A DNA stretch of 64,000 bases from positions 118,363-182,362 of the forward strand of contig CAYNHQ010000004.1 of assembly GCA_964397255.1 (NCBI GenBank), in the 5' to 3' direction. A program made the translations under genes and the position numbers. Every line of letters starts with the position of its first letter. Position 1 is the stretch's first letter. The stretch is from an uncultured bacterium. GTDB taxonomy: Bacteria > Bdellovibrionota_G > JALEGL01 > DATDPG01. The notes under the pieces were generated by a model, which was not told the DNA's origin, did not search any database, and saw only the letters and a list, made by a program, of their open reading frames with translations. Below, piece by piece: positions 55,621 to 64,000 of this stretch.

Positions 55621-58332
55621 ATGAGAGTTGTCATAACTCTCATTTTTGCGTTTAGCCTCTTAGGGGATATTTTCGGGTGCAAGTTCCCGGGAAGTTCTTC
55701 CAACGTTTCCGAAGCCACTTCACAGGATCGACTCGGAAAATCAAACGACCCGAACGCGCTTCCCGATTCAGGGCCCGCACTTCCACCACCGATTGCCTAC
55801 CTCGTCCCTCTGGATGGAAACTTGGTCGTCGCAAAAGCTATCGGCGCCAATAAAGTTTTGGTGACCGGTCTTCGTGGATCAGCCGACCCCAGGGCGGTCC
55901 AAGTTTGTAGTGTCAACCAGACCCTGGGACAAATCTCTCCGGACTGTTCGACGATTACGAACGGATCGTTCAATTACCTCACCACCGGTTCCGTAGGCGA
56001 CAAGATTTCAATTTGGGAGAAAGCCCCCCAATATCCCGACAGCAGCCCCATCATCGAAGAAGTTTTATTAATTCAGCCACAATTTTCTCCCAAACAAATA
56101 TTGGGATTCGCACGAAGTGAGAATGGATTGTTCATTCAGTATGCAGGAGGCAAACTCATTTTCTTCCCAAAAGGTGAATGGCTTAAATCGTTGGATCAAA
56201 TTCAAACGATAGATCTTTCCAAAGAACTACCCTCGAACAATGTGATGTTTATGGCGGAAGATGATCAGGGGGGTGTATGGGTTTCAGACCAACAACAAAT
56301 CGCTCACTTTGTGAAAAAAGGAAGCTCGGTCGCGTTGTCCAAAATCTATACCCTATTCGATCATCCTGAGATTATTGCTCTCAAGGTACATCCCGTCGGT
56401 AATATTTTGTGGTTGGTTACCTCTAGCGAACTAATCCGAGCCGATTTTCCCAACGGGCCCGACAACGACCCGGTTCTTACACATTTCTCTCAAGGACCCA
56501 TGACTCTCCAATTTATTTCCGCACTTCTTCCAAACCCGTTAGAAGCGCAGGGATTTTGGGTGGCATGTTCCACCAACGGCCTCTTTTATTTTAAGGGAGC
56601 GATCAATGGATCGGAGATTGAGGAATATCCTGGAAGAGGCACCAAAATTACGAGTCTTGCCCGAAGTAACGACGGTGGAAGTATTTATTTTGGCGCGAAA
56701 GAAAACATGTCACGACAAACCATAAATTCTACGAGTTCAGGAGGGAACACTGGGTCCGGTTCTATAAGCGCTGGAGGGGGCGGCGACGCCACTTACTATG
56801 GAGGGCTTCATCAAGTTACGCTACCCAACGGCCACCCGGTCGCCGACCGATCACAGGGCGAAGATTATACGGTGACTCATCTTCTCCTCAATATCTCAGG
56901 ACAAAACACCGTAGATGTGACGAGCCTTTATAATCCTGGAACGGGCGGGATGTTCGTGGGTACGACGCACGGACTCGTTGTGATCGATAATCTCAATGAT
57001 CCGGATGGATCTTCGTATCATCCCGACCCCACATTTGTGGGAACCCAAAATCCGATTTATGCCATTTCGTATGAGCCGAGTGAACGTTCGATATGGCTCG
57101 GTGAAGAATACGAAGGCGTAGAGTTTGATGAACAGGGAAATCCGATCGCGAGGTTTCGGAAATACGACATCGCGAACGACGTCTGGACCTATTTTGCAAG
57201 TTGGAGAATGGTCGACTGGCATGCGAATGCGATTGCAGGAAATGGAAATGAAATCGTGGTTGGAACGGAATCAGGGGGCGCGAATCAATTTCTGCCTCCC
57301 AGTCCGAGCATGCCGAATGGAACGATGACATCACTTTATCCGCTCGGTTCCGAAATCAGCAGCAAAGTATCTGCTCTCGGGTACGACCACTTAAGAAGAC
57401 TTTGGATTGGACTCAAGGGGAGCTTAAGCGAGCACAACGGCCACGCCATTCGCGAGCTGGATGGAACATTGCGACTCCTCCCGCCGCCGGTCGTTTCTAC
57501 CTCTTGGGATTCTTATTTACTAGATGCAAATCCAAATGCTTTTGTCGCTGCCGGGACCGATTCCATGTGGGAATTGGCCGGAGGAATGGGGGGCAATTCC
57601 ATTCGTTATGTGCACAACGATGGGTCGTTTGAACTTCTCGCTCCCGGGCATCCTGAACCAGAGAATGACTTTTATGTTTCGCAATATGCCGTGATGACCA
57701 CCGACGGAGCGGGCGGTGTTTTTCTGGCGAATGGGAGTGGATTTTACCCGATCGGATCGGGGGAATCTCCTGAAGGGGTTCCAATCACTGAGCTATTTCA
57801 CATTACATTTCATACGGGAACACGAAAATTTGAAATCCATTCTCTTGGAATGATCGAAGCTGGGGTCGAGAATGTTTATGGCGCACTTGGACGCATGATG
57901 TTTGATGGAGCATCCTTGTGGATTGGCACGATGAAAATGCAAATTTATCGAATTGATATGGTTGATGGGCTTTCTGTGTCCAGTCTAGATCACGTGGCCC
58001 CCGGGGGATTGGTCCGTTTTGTGTTCCCTACCGGAGACCTGAATCAGCTTCCCATCAAAGTCGAGACATTGACCGACCAGGAATCGGTCGCTCTAACTTC
58101 CGATGGTCGCGGTGGTGTGTTCATCAATGAATCGGCGGACAATGTCGCCTACCATGGCACCGGAATTCTTCACGTTCAGAAAAATTCAGACGGCACCTTT
58201 TCCACTCAGCACCTTTCCACCCCGATGCGCGTGGATGAAAATTATTCCCTGATGACCTGGGTTCCTTCGCTCTCAAGTCTCGCGATCGGCTATTTGGACA
58301 ATGGTTTCGCTCTTCTTCCCTATCGATTTTAG
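55621..58332 (+). CDS. Large secreted lipoprotein with beta-propeller-like repeats (~900 aa)
   Basis: Signal/lipobox 'MRVVITLIFAFSLLGDIFGC'. Gly/Asn/Thr-rich repeated blocks suggest a propeller or beta-rich fold. No specific family assigned. Confidence 0.6.
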   Translation: MRVVITLIFAFSLLGDIFGCKFPGSSSNVSEATSQDRLGKSNDPNALPDSGPALPPPIAYLVPLDGNLVVAKAIGANKVLVTGLRGSADPRAVQVCSVNQTLGQISPDCSTITNGSFNYLTTGSVGDKISIWEKAPQYPDSSPIIEEVLLIQPQFSPKQILGFARSENGLFIQYAGGKLIFFPKGEWLKSLDQIQTIDLSKELPSNNVMFMAEDDQGGVWVSDQQQIAHFVKKGSSVALSKIYTLFDHPEIIALKVHPVGNILWLVTSSELIRADFPNGPDNDPVLTHFSQGPMTLQFISALLPNPLEAQGFWVACSTNGLFYFKGAINGSEIEEYPGRGTKITSLARSNDGGSIYFGAKENMSRQTINSTSSGGNTGSGSISAGGGGDATYYGGLHQVTLPNGHPVADRSQGEDYTVTHLLLNISGQNTVDVTSLYNPGTGGMFVGTTHGLVVIDNLNDPDGSSYHPDPTFVGTQNPIYAISYEPSERSIWLGEEYEGVEFDEQGNPIARFRKYDIANDVWTYFASWRMVDWHANAIAGNGNEIVVGTESGGANQFLPPSPSMPNGTMTSLYPLGSEISSKVSALGYDHLRRLWIGLKGSLSEHNGHAIRELDGTLRLLPPPVVSTSWDSYLLDANPNAFVAAGTDSMWELAGGMGGNSIRYVHNDGSFELLAPGHPEPENDFYVSQYAVMTTDGAGGVFLANGSGFYPIGSGESPEGVPITELFHITFHTGTRKFEIHSLGMIEAGVENVYGALGRMMFDGASLWIGTMKMQIYRIDMVDGLSVSSLDHVAPGGLVRFVFPTGDLNQLPIKVETLTDQESVALTSDGRGGVFINESADNVAYHGTGILHVQKNSDGTFSTQHLSTPMRVDENYSLMTWVPSLSSLAIGYLDNGFALLPYRF

Positions 58333-58384
58333 GGGACATAGCCACCTCCGGGACCACCGACCCATACTCCGATTTAAGATTTTC

Positions 58385-60466
58385 TTAGGGTAAGGTCACA
58401 ACCGTAATTGCGCTACCACTATATTGTTTCTGCCAGACCAAATTTAGTTTTGTTTGATTCGTCTGGGGGAATAAGGGGGGCGGGGATATGCTCAGTGCAG
58501 GGTCGTGACGGAAAACAATCCGGTTAAATCCGCCTTGGGTTCGATCGTTATCTGGGTGTGTATACGCGTTGAGCTGGCTGAATCCTTTTGTCCCTAAAGA
58601 GCCATAGAGCCAAATTTTTGCCTGACCCGCGCGAGCTACATCCACAAGAGAGTTGCTAAAATCGCAGCTTGATCCCCACCAGGTGGTATCAGCATCATGA
58701 GCTCTGCAATAAAGGGGCCTCGCTTTTGCCGAAACCGGTTTCCCCTGGCCATCCACATTATAATAGTAGGGAATATGACCTGGATTGCTGGTGTTTACGG
58801 GTGAGTGGGCCCAAAGCGCGCCTGTGACATCGGGAACGACGATTCCATCGTCTGAGAGATCGTAATCATTAATATTTTCGACGTAGAGAATTCCGGTCGG
58901 CAGCCCATGCTGAGTTTTATCGTCGCCAAGGGCAATGAAGGCACCCGAAAGATCGAGAATTCCGGGGATGTTGTGAGCGTAGGGAACGTCGTTTTCACGA
59001 TATTCATTGTCTTCTGCATCCCGATCAACTTCTGTGTTCGGCACGCTAAAATTACTCTTTCCATCGAAATAGACTTGATTGCTGGACGGCGTGTCTGTCG
59101 GTGAATCCCAGTGACGAAAGACGCTGACATAATGAGGAACGTCGATATTTCGAAGTGCAACCATGCCGAATGAATCGCCGCTATTTTTCCCTTGATGAGC
59201 GTAGTCAATATCTCCTTCAATTTTGCAATTTCCGGGCGACGGATTGGGAAGGTTTCCCGTTCGCTGAATCGGATCGTGAGAAGAATCGGCGTCACAGGCC
59301 ACCGTCACACGACCATTTACGATACCCCGCACACCGATCTCGACATTGTTCCCATAAATGACCATGTTGGGTGTAATCGGATAAGTTGCGATCGGGGTAG
59401 AGCCGTATCTGTCCCTTGGAGGCAAACCATCGGGAGCTGGTGAAACAGAGGCCGGCAGAGGATCGTAGTAGAAATCGGCGGCGCTGGAGTTGCAATCATA
59501 ACGTTTCACATATCCATCGGCTGTAAATTCCAGGCAGACCTCACCGGTCGGCGCGCTGCTGGGATCGAGGTTGAATTCCAGCCTTGTAGGTTCTACGGCG
59601 AGTTTGTCTAAGAGATCGCGTGAGATGTAATTCGAAACGTGGAAATTTCCCTTCCAGCCGTATTGAAAATCGACATATGTGGCGGGGTCGTAGTCAAACG
59701 GCAGAGATCCGTCCGGAACATTTAATTCAAACGTGACGGGGCCTTTAAAGATATGCTTCGAGACTCCAAAAAGTGGGGTATCGAGGAAATAGGGCTGAAT
59801 GGGTCCGAAGTGAACATGCCCATCGTATGTGGCCGTGCGAAGGGGAAAAAGCTTGTTCGGATCGGCGTGGGGAAGGGGCTGAGGATTAAAGAGGGCATAG
59901 TCGAGCTCGGCGAAACCGATTCTTTGGAGTGAAATTTCAGCTTCATACGTATATTTACTACCGCTTTGGGGATTCTCGGCCGTGGAAACAATTCGATAGA
60001 ATCTGGGTGAATCCATACTGTTGTTTTCAGGATCGGTTGGATCGGCAATGAGGGGCTTATTTTCCGAACTGGGATAATACCAAACCGAAAGCTTTAACGA
60101 ATCTCGAGTGAACTGAATCCGCGGCAGAGAAGATTCACCGATGGTGCTTCGAACGAGGCCGACATACTCCGGATTATGGATTGGGTAGAAGGCGGGTCCC
60201 TCCGCTGGAACCCGCCAATCTGGCGGAGTGTTGAAATCGGGAAGAACCGGTGCCGCGCGTGCGAAGAGGTCAGCCTTGGCCATTTCAAATCCGCTTTGTG
60301 CCAATTCTTCCAATGTGCTCTTGGATCGAAAGAGTTGGCTGATATGAATTCCGTTATGAGTCGCAGCGATCCATCCGGCGCCTGCCACCGTAGCGACGAG
60401 AAGGAGAATGAGTACAGCAATTAGCGCCGAACCTTTGTCTGTGCGAATTTCGTTTCTTTCGGTCAT
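58385..60466 (-). CDS. PilX-N-domain protein (type IV pilus minor pilin / tip-associated, 693 aa)
   Basis: The N-terminus 'RTDKGSALIAVLILLLVATVAGAGWIA' matches the PilX_N pattern. It lies immediately downstream of a prepilin-type gene. Confidence 0.45.
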   Translation of the reverse strand: MTERNEIRTDKGSALIAVLILLLVATVAGAGWIAATHNGIHISQLFRSKSTLEELAQSGFEMAKADLFARAAPVLPDFNTPPDWRVPAEGPAFYPIHNPEYVGLVRSTIGESSLPRIQFTRDSLKLSVWYYPSSENKPLIADPTDPENNSMDSPRFYRIVSTAENPQSGSKYTYEAEISLQRIGFAELDYALFNPQPLPHADPNKLFPLRTATYDGHVHFGPIQPYFLDTPLFGVSKHIFKGPVTFELNVPDGSLPFDYDPATYVDFQYGWKGNFHVSNYISRDLLDKLAVEPTRLEFNLDPSSAPTGEVCLEFTADGYVKRYDCNSSAADFYYDPLPASVSPAPDGLPPRDRYGSTPIATYPITPNMVIYGNNVEIGVRGIVNGRVTVACDADSSHDPIQRTGNLPNPSPGNCKIEGDIDYAHQGKNSGDSFGMVALRNIDVPHYVSVFRHWDSPTDTPSSNQVYFDGKSNFSVPNTEVDRDAEDNEYRENDVPYAHNIPGILDLSGAFIALGDDKTQHGLPTGILYVENINDYDLSDDGIVVPDVTGALWAHSPVNTSNPGHIPYYYNVDGQGKPVSAKARPLYCRAHDADTTWWGSSCDFSNSLVDVARAGQAKIWLYGSLGTKGFSQLNAYTHPDNDRTQGGFNRIVFRHDPALSISPPPLFPQTNQTKLNLVWQKQYSGSAITVVTLP

Positions 60467-61668
60467 TAATGGGGCCCCGTATAATGTTGCGGATTTTGAG
60501 GAAACATTCCTTCATCTGATTGCAATGTCATAGCGATAAGGTTCTCCGGACGGCTGCTCCGATCGAAGTGAAAGGGGTTCACAGTCGAATGGCCTTCACT
60601 GTGGAGCGACGCGCCTGAATGAGAATCAGGGAGCATCGTCAGCGCGACGCGCACGCGCTTGATAGCCGGATAACCGAGTTGATTAAAACCGCAGGATGAC
60701 TTGTCGCTGATCTCTCCCGCTCGCGGAGTCCGCGTAGAGCCTACCATTTTAGTCGTTAAATCACTGATCACTTCATAGATCAGTTGAAAACTTTGTACAC
60801 CGGGAAGTGCGACACTCCAGTGAGGAGACCGCCCCGGAGAGCCGAAGGATCCCGAAGTGGGATTAAAGCCGTCATCCACGAGGTGGTCATCAAATACAAG
60901 AGATTGGTCACCGGGCCGATAGGCGTAGTCAAAGAATTCAACTTTCCGAACGTAGGATTTCAAGCCATCCTGGCCATAGTCGTGCTGAAAAGGGAGATTC
61001 CAGATCGAGGAAGAACTGTGCTCGATCTGTGTCGGCTGGCCGGGGTTGTTCGACAACGTGATTCGAGTGATTCGAATGAAATCACTTTGCGTGCGATCAC
61101 TAATCATAAGATAGTCTCCCACGCGCAAATCCTCTCCACCGACCACATCGATGGTTGGGTGAGGATGAGAAGGTTTATCACTCGTGGAGTGCGGCTTATG
61201 GGAGGTTGAATCGATGTAGAGAGGAATTTGAATGGAATCTTTTGCCATCACTACAAATCGAATTGCATCGCTATCGGCGGCATTATTTGGGAGGACGGAC
61301 GGATCTCGTAGATCGTCAATCGTTGTCGGCACCGTTAAAGTAGTTAAGCCCGGGTAGGCGACCAGACTGTTAGGAAGAGCGGTGCCCCGCGGTGTGAATT
61401 CGTTGCATCCAGAAGGAGCCGGAGCCGATGGGGAAAGATTTCCCAGCACCGTGGAATCGGCCACTGGGATCGCAGCAATGTTGGTTAGACGTGAGGCAAG
61501 TCGATCCAGCGCATCGTTTGAAACGTTTTTGGTGCGTGCTTGGACCAAACTATTTGTTCCCGATCTCACTTGTGTGGAAGTGATTCGAAATGCTCCCGCA
61601 GAGAGCATAGCGGCGAGAACCAGGGAGACGCTTAGCTCCGTAAGTGTGAACCCATTCGGTGAAAACAT
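60466..61668 (-). CDS. Type IV pilus minor pilin, PilW-like (prepilin N-terminal methylation motif)
   Basis: 'MFSPNGFTLTELSVSLVLAAMLSAG' carries the G/FTLxE prepilin peptidase site with Glu at +5. The start is ATG 61668; the ORF-track start at 61728 is an upstream extension. Confidence 0.6.
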   Translation of the reverse strand: MFSPNGFTLTELSVSLVLAAMLSAGAFRITSTQVRSGTNSLVQARTKNVSNDALDRLASRLTNIAAIPVADSTVLGNLSPSAPAPSGCNEFTPRGTALPNSLVAYPGLTTLTVPTTIDDLRDPSVLPNNAADSDAIRFVVMAKDSIQIPLYIDSTSHKPHSTSDKPSHPHPTIDVVGGEDLRVGDYLMISDRTQSDFIRITRITLSNNPGQPTQIEHSSSSIWNLPFQHDYGQDGLKSYVRKVEFFDYAYRPGDQSLVFDDHLVDDGFNPTSGSFGSPGRSPHWSVALPGVQSFQLIYEVISDLTTKMVGSTRTPRAGEISDKSSCGFNQLGYPAIKRVRVALTMLPDSHSGASLHSEGHSTVNPFHFDRSSRPENLIAMTLQSDEGMFPQNPQHYTGPH

Positions 61669-61701
61669 TTTATTTTCCACTCGCTCCACAGGCTCCAATG
61701 T

Positions 61702-61717
61702 CTCAATCCCTGTGCCA
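61702..61717 (-). promoter_or_regulatory. Sigma-54-like promoter candidate TGGCAC-AGGGA-TTGAG upstream of the pilW-like gene
   Basis: Perfect -24 TGGCAC with 5-nt spacing to TTGAG. The conserved -12 GC is replaced by GA. It lies ~33 nt upstream of ATG 61668. Confidence 0.3.
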
Positions 61718-61900
61718 AACAAATACAAAATAATTTCAATATGATACGTTGTTTTCCTCCATCATTTAGGTGTATTTGTTACGGAGCACTACACAGAAAA
61801 GTGTGCAATTTGGGCTACAAAAAAATAGGCGGCGGCACTATATTGCAATCAGCTATCCCGCCAGCGGCTTTTCCATTCTTCCGTACCGGTTTTAAAAGAC

Positions 61901-61948
61901 ATTCCGAATTCTGAATTCTGTATTCCATATTCCGAATACTGAATTTGG
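61901..61948. repeat. GTATTC/GAATAC/GAATTC hexamer-rich element abutting the tRNA-Leu 3' end
   Basis: ATTCCGAATTCTGAATTCTGTATTCCATATTCCGAATACTGAATTTGG. It shares the blocks ATTCTGTATT and CGAATACTGAATT with 48574-48613. Confidence 0.5.
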
Positions 61949-62037
61949 TGGTGCCGAGGGGGGGAATTGAACCCCCACATCTCTTCCGAGACTGTGGATT
62001 TTGAGTCCACCGCGTCTGCCAGTTCCGCCACCTCGGC
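61949..62037 (-). tRNA. tRNA-Leu (anticodon CAA), class II with long variable arm
   Basis: Acceptor GCCGAGG/CCTCGGC, anticodon stem GTGGA/TCCAC with loop CTCAAAA, variable arm AGTCTCGGAAGAGATGT, T-arm GGGGG-TTCAATT-CCCCC. Discriminator A plus CCA. Confidence 0.8.
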
Positions 62038-62137
62038 TAGGTTGGGGATGTGTTTGTATACACGAAATGAATTCCTGTTTCCAAATCGAATTTAATGAGG
62101 CACCATGGCTGAATCGTTTTTTTGGAAGGAGTAACAA

Positions 62138-62707
62138 ATGAAGAAAACAATTTATACAGGAATGGCAATTCTAGGAGCCATCGGTCTTTTAGCCTGTGGC
62201 GATGATACGACTGGGGGAACTACGAAATTGACAACCGCACAGACCCAAACCGTTCTCAGTCAAGCTAACCTTGCAGTTGTTCAAGCGATGCAGACTTTGG
62301 GTCGAACTTCGATAAGGGCCGCTACTAGCACTGCTAGCGCAACAGTCAGCTGCACCGGGGGAGGAACGGTCGGTGCATCGGGAACAGGAAGCGGAGACGC
62401 CAACAGCTTTTCTTATGACATCACTGCAACGTTTAACGACTGTGGGGTTACCGGAACCGATGGGAAGAGCTACACACTTGGTGGTTCGCTGGGGCTTACG
62501 GGCTCAGGTACCTTCGATGGAAACTCAACGTACGCGTTTGGAACCGCGTACAAGGGAACCGTTTCAATTACGGGAGACGGTCTAAATGCGAGCTGCGATT
62601 GGAATTTGACGAGCGATTTCTCCTTTAGTGGATCGAGCGCCTCGGGCAACTTCTCGGGATCTGTCTGCGGGCATGATGTCAGCGGGAATTATTCCGCCTC
62701 AATATAG
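62138..62707 (+). CDS. Hypothetical Gly/Thr/Ser-rich lipoprotein
   Basis: Lipobox 'LLACGDD'. Low-complexity G/T/S-rich secreted protein. Confidence 0.5.
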   Translation: MKKTIYTGMAILGAIGLLACGDDTTGGTTKLTTAQTQTVLSQANLAVVQAMQTLGRTSIRAATSTASATVSCTGGGTVGASGTGSGDANSFSYDITATFNDCGVTGTDGKSYTLGGSLGLTGSGTFDGNSTYAFGTAYKGTVSITGDGLNASCDWNLTSDFSFSGSSASGNFSGSVCGHDVSGNYSASI

Positions 62708-62734
62708 TTATTCTAAATCAGAGAAATCAAAAAA

Positions 62735-62766
62735 AGGGGTGCTTAACGGCGCCCCTTTTTTTCAGG
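62735..62766. terminator. Bidirectional rho-independent terminator
   Basis: AAAAAAA-GGGGTGC-TTAAC-GGCGCCCC-TTTTTTT between convergent genes. It overlaps the last codons of the cyclase gene. Confidence 0.6.
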
Positions 62767-63699
62767 CTTTAACGAAATTTCGACGACGCGAGATTCCTTC
62801 GGAGCCAACTTCACTATCTGTGTGGAATCTTCGAATCCTTCTTTCTGAACACGGATCTTAAGATTTCGATTGGGTGGGACCTGATTAATTTTCACCGGTG
62901 TTTGCTTGGCCACTTCTTTATTTTCTATGAACACTTCCACCGACTCCGGTTTCGACCGAATCGTAAGCGTGGCGTAAGTTCCTCCCTCGGAAGAAGAGCC
63001 TTTTCGAAAAAGAAGGAATGACGTGCTTCCCAAAATCACCGCCAAGGCAATGCCGATCGCAAGCGTGCCATGTCCTACACCGATCCCTTTCGCGATGGGT
63101 TCCACCGTGGGTGGGACTACCGAGAGTTTGGGAGCGGGCGCGGGTTGGTCTACTTTTTCCTGTGAGATGCCGCGGGCCACGGGTGACGGGGAGGGGACGG
63201 GAGGAGACTCTTTTTTTGGAGGTGGGGGTGGCGGGGCTTCCTCTTTTTCAGTCAATGCAAAGAGACGAACAGGCTGTGCCATTCCCTTAAATGTCCGAGG
63301 CCCGAGGTCCGTCAAATGAACGCCACGACCATCGGAAGCGAGACGATAAGATTCCGCGGTCAAAATTTCCCCGTTTCCGGCCACACCTTCCAGGCGGGCC
63401 GCCATGTTCACGGCCTCACCAAAAACATCGTTTTGGGCAACGGTCACTTCGCCAAACGCAATACCCGCTCTCCACTCGGTTTCTGCGGGAAGTGAACCGC
63501 GGAAGGAGAGTGCGGCGTCACAGGCTTCCCTGGGATCCGTAAATCCAAAGACGTATGCCTCTCCGAACGTTTTTAAGACAATTCCATGGAATTTTTCCAC
63601 ACACTCCAAGAGCTTCTTCCGGAGTTCGAGCGGAGGAATGGAAAACAGGATCGTAAGCTGCTCTTCCCGCACGGAGTAAGAATAGCAGATTCTATTCAT
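62743..63699 (-). CDS. Class III adenylate/guanylate cyclase with Pro-rich linker, TM helix and C-terminal PEGA domain
   Basis: The cyclase core 'VFGEAVNMAARLEGVAGNGEILTAESYRLA' precedes the TM 'LAIGIALAVILGSTSFLLF'. The PEGA-like C-terminus reads 'ATLTIRSKPESVEVFIENKEVAKQTPVKI'. Confidence 0.7.
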   Translation of the reverse strand: MNRICYSYSVREEQLTILFSIPPLELRKKLLECVEKFHGIVLKTFGEAYVFGFTDPREACDAALSFRGSLPAETEWRAGIAFGEVTVAQNDVFGEAVNMAARLEGVAGNGEILTAESYRLASDGRGVHLTDLGPRTFKGMAQPVRLFALTEKEEAPPPPPPKKESPPVPSPSPVARGISQEKVDQPAPAPKLSVVPPTVEPIAKGIGVGHGTLAIGIALAVILGSTSFLLFRKGSSSEGGTYATLTIRSKPESVEVFIENKEVAKQTPVKINQVPPNRNLKIRVQKEGFEDSTQIVKLAPKESRVVEISLKPEKKGRR

Positions 63700-63750
63700 T
63701 TGAGGATTGATTGCTCGCGACCGACGGCTCTGCTACCTTCCCCGCGAATT

Positions 63751-64000
63751 ATGGACTCGAAACCCCTACGTCAGAACTTGAAAAAGCCGGATGAATTTAC
63801 GACAGTCGTGGGAAATCTGTTTCAGTCGATGGTTGACCGTTCGCGGGAAGTTCTGATAGGGGTGGCTGCTCTTTTGGTATTCGCGTTGGCGCTGTTAGGG
63901 TGGCAGGCCTGGCGCGAGGTCAAGGATGAGCGAGCCGCGGACGCCTTGGAGAAAATCCTTGAAAAATCTCCCAGCGACGCCACGGCATGGAAGGCGACCT
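63751..64000 (+). CDS. Membrane-anchored protein, N-terminal part (possibly YfgM/TPR-like); 3' end beyond window
   Basis: ATG 63751 'MDSKPLRQNLKKPDEFTTVVGNLFQSMVDRSREVLIGVAALLVFALALLGWQAW...' has a short cytoplasmic N-terminus and a single TM helix. It is open to the window end. Confidence 0.35.
   Translation, partial: MDSKPLRQNLKKPDEFTTVVGNLFQSMVDRSREVLIGVAALLVFALALLGWQAWREVKDERAADALEKILEKSPSDATAWKAT

Noticed and set aside
61826-61850. Sigma-54-like sequence CGGCAC-TATAT-TGCAA on the plus strand upstream of tRNA-Leu
   Set aside because: The GG-to-GC spacing is 9, not 10. It points toward a minus-strand tRNA gene, so it has no plausible target.
61849-62137. ORFs 61849..62031(-) and 61892..62137(-) over tRNA-Leu and the hexamer-repeat element
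   Set aside because: They overlap a well-folding class II tRNA and a short-repeat tract. The 'SEYGIQNSEF' peptide recurs at 48485..48682 only because the DNA repeat recurs.
1-64000. CRISPR arrays, rRNA genes, complete IS elements with terminal inverted repeats
   Set aside because: None was found. The direct repeats present are gene-end or tRNA duplications, not short regularly spaced CRISPR repeats. The only transposase-like sequence is a 56-codon HTH remnant at 33717-33887.

Overview
This 64-kb window appears to come from an uncultivated diderm bacterium. Supporting signs are BamA/Skp, LolCDE-like genes, sigma-54 components, type IV minor pilins and a class I LysRS. It combines conserved housekeeping blocks with at least three accessory insertions.

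Housekeeping blocks: a lysK' - lolC/E - lolD - bamA - skp - tRNA-Val cluster at 1-5800, and the classical thrS-infC-rpmI-rplT-pheS-pheT operon at 18.2-24.7 kb. Cell-envelope and redox genes follow (EamA transporter, IscS, Rieske protein, redoxin, GT2, FAD oxidoreductase, M23 peptidase, HU, Slt lytic transglycosylase, AMIN-domain protein).

Accessory insertions:
(i) The most striking is an ~8-kb array directly upstream of thrS. The thrS 5' leader and first codons are present in five diverged copies that all begin at the same boundary, GATTTGAAGTTCGC. A sixth core-only copy also occurs. These copies delimit cassettes packed with toxin-antitoxin modules (VapBC, HicAB x2, BrnTA), a displaced tRNA-Met 3' fragment, a thrS'-MBL chimeric pseudogene and secreted or membrane proteins.
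(ii) A 5.8-kb integrase island lies at a minus-strand tRNA-Pro(GGG). Unusually, it is bounded by a 46-nt direct repeat of the tRNA 5' half, with int next to the tRNA 5' end.
(iii) A 1.44-kb BrnTA insert is flanked by a perfect 182-bp duplication of the 3' end of the AMIN-domain gene.

A 1644-aa protein fuses a Ser/Thr kinase, a STAND ATPase, TPR repeats, a GAF domain and a sigma-54 activator with Fis HTH. It sits immediately upstream of a near-consensus sigma-54 promoter driving a 900-aa beta-propeller lipoprotein, and close to a PilW/PilX-like minor-pilin pair.

No CRISPR array or rRNA gene was seen.
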